Source of the DNA: an uncultured Phycisphaerales bacterium
GTDB lineage: Bacteria; Planctomycetota; Phycisphaerae; Tepidisphaerales; Tepidisphaeraceae
Length of the DNA stretch: 64,000 nt
Direction: 5' to 3'
Assembly (NCBI GenBank): GCA_963844715.1
Contig: CAWJPJ010000008.1
Span: 384,001-448,000, forward strand
The translations under genes and the position numbers were made by a program. Shown one piece after another: positions 63,407-64,000 of this stretch. The notes under the pieces are model-generated. The model was not told where the DNA came from, did not search any database, and was given only the letters and a program-made list of their open reading frames with translations. Every line of letters starts with the position of its first letter. Within the stretch, counting starts at the first letter, position 1.

Positions 63407-64000
63407 TAGAGCATTTCCCAAATTAAACTAGCGGCTGGCGGTAACCGCAATGGCGGAAAAATCCCGCGGCATCTTCGGTCGTAACGGCGTCCATTGCCGC
63501 GAACACAGCCCGGACCAAGGTGTCGAACGTTCTGGGCTCCGCCGAGCGGATCAGTTGCTTCGCTTTGCTCCACATCATCTCGATCGGATTCAAATCCGGC
63601 GAGTAGGGTGGCAGCAACCACAGTTCGCAGCCGGCGGCTTCGATCAGGCGTCGCACTTCTGAATGTTTGTGCGGCTGCAAATTGTCCATCACCACGATGT
63701 CCCCGCTTCGCAGGCTGGGCACGAGCGCTTCACGCACCCAGGCGACAAAAACATCGCTGTCCATCGCCCCTTGAACAATCGCGCCGGCGGTCGCGCCGTC
63801 GAGCCGAACCGCGGCGATCATGGTGGTCGTGCTCCAGTGTCCGGCCGGGGTCTTGCACAACAACCGTTCGCCGCGGCCGCACCGGCCACGCAATCGGGTG
63901 AAGTTCGTCTTGGCCCCGGATTCATCCACAAAAACAAGACGCTCGGGATCGACGTCCTTCAGCCGCCGACGCCACTGCGTCCGCGCGGCGGCGACGTCGG
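63407..64000 (-). mobile_element. IS630-family element; transposase 3' part (stop at 63423) runs off the window
   Basis: FVDESG, VVMDNL..HK, LPPYSPDLNPIEMMW; possible end TA-GAGCATTTCC near 63407. Confidence 0.9.

Overview
GC-rich bacterial window, most likely from a planctomycete of the Phycisphaerae/Tepidisphaerales type. This placement is inferred from the PEP-CTERM protein, DUF3568 lipoproteins, GT41-TPR, hopanoid cluster and Tat sulfatase. About 25 apparent 1-bp frameshifts split otherwise intact genes, which looks like long-read indel error rather than true decay. Left to right: (1) an IS4 remnant abutting a 5'-truncated large exoprotein with a lipase-like C-terminal tip and a downstream membrane protein; (2) methyltransferases, a lipase, carB and a GNAT; (3) a Wzm/Wzt surface-glycan locus with a sulfotransferase, a four-gene CDP-sugar operon, a sulfatase and an RgpF-like gene; (4) an orphan atpC, greA and tRNA-Thr(TGT); (5) a 12.3-kb stress/NHEJ block (pqiAB, udgX, yciF, ku, ligD, DUF1328, site-2 protease, two DUF3568, receiver) closed by a full-length decayed copy of the same tRNA; (6) GT41, DUF6056-like, DCC1-LMF and tarD-dctA; (7) a hidden 39-aa His/Asp-rich lipoprotein gene; (8) a hopanoid cluster (hpnCDE, hpnN, hpnO, shc, hpnH, hpnG); (9) a PEP-CTERM gene between two 119-bp copies of the hpnG 3' end, a RelE/HTH toxin-antitoxin pair and an IS630. 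The best candidates for novelty are the His-rich micro-lipoprotein, the tRNA-bracketed stress island, the hpnG-duplication cassette, the lipase-tipped exoprotein with its putative immunity gene, and a possible StrQPXU-like branched-sugar pathway.
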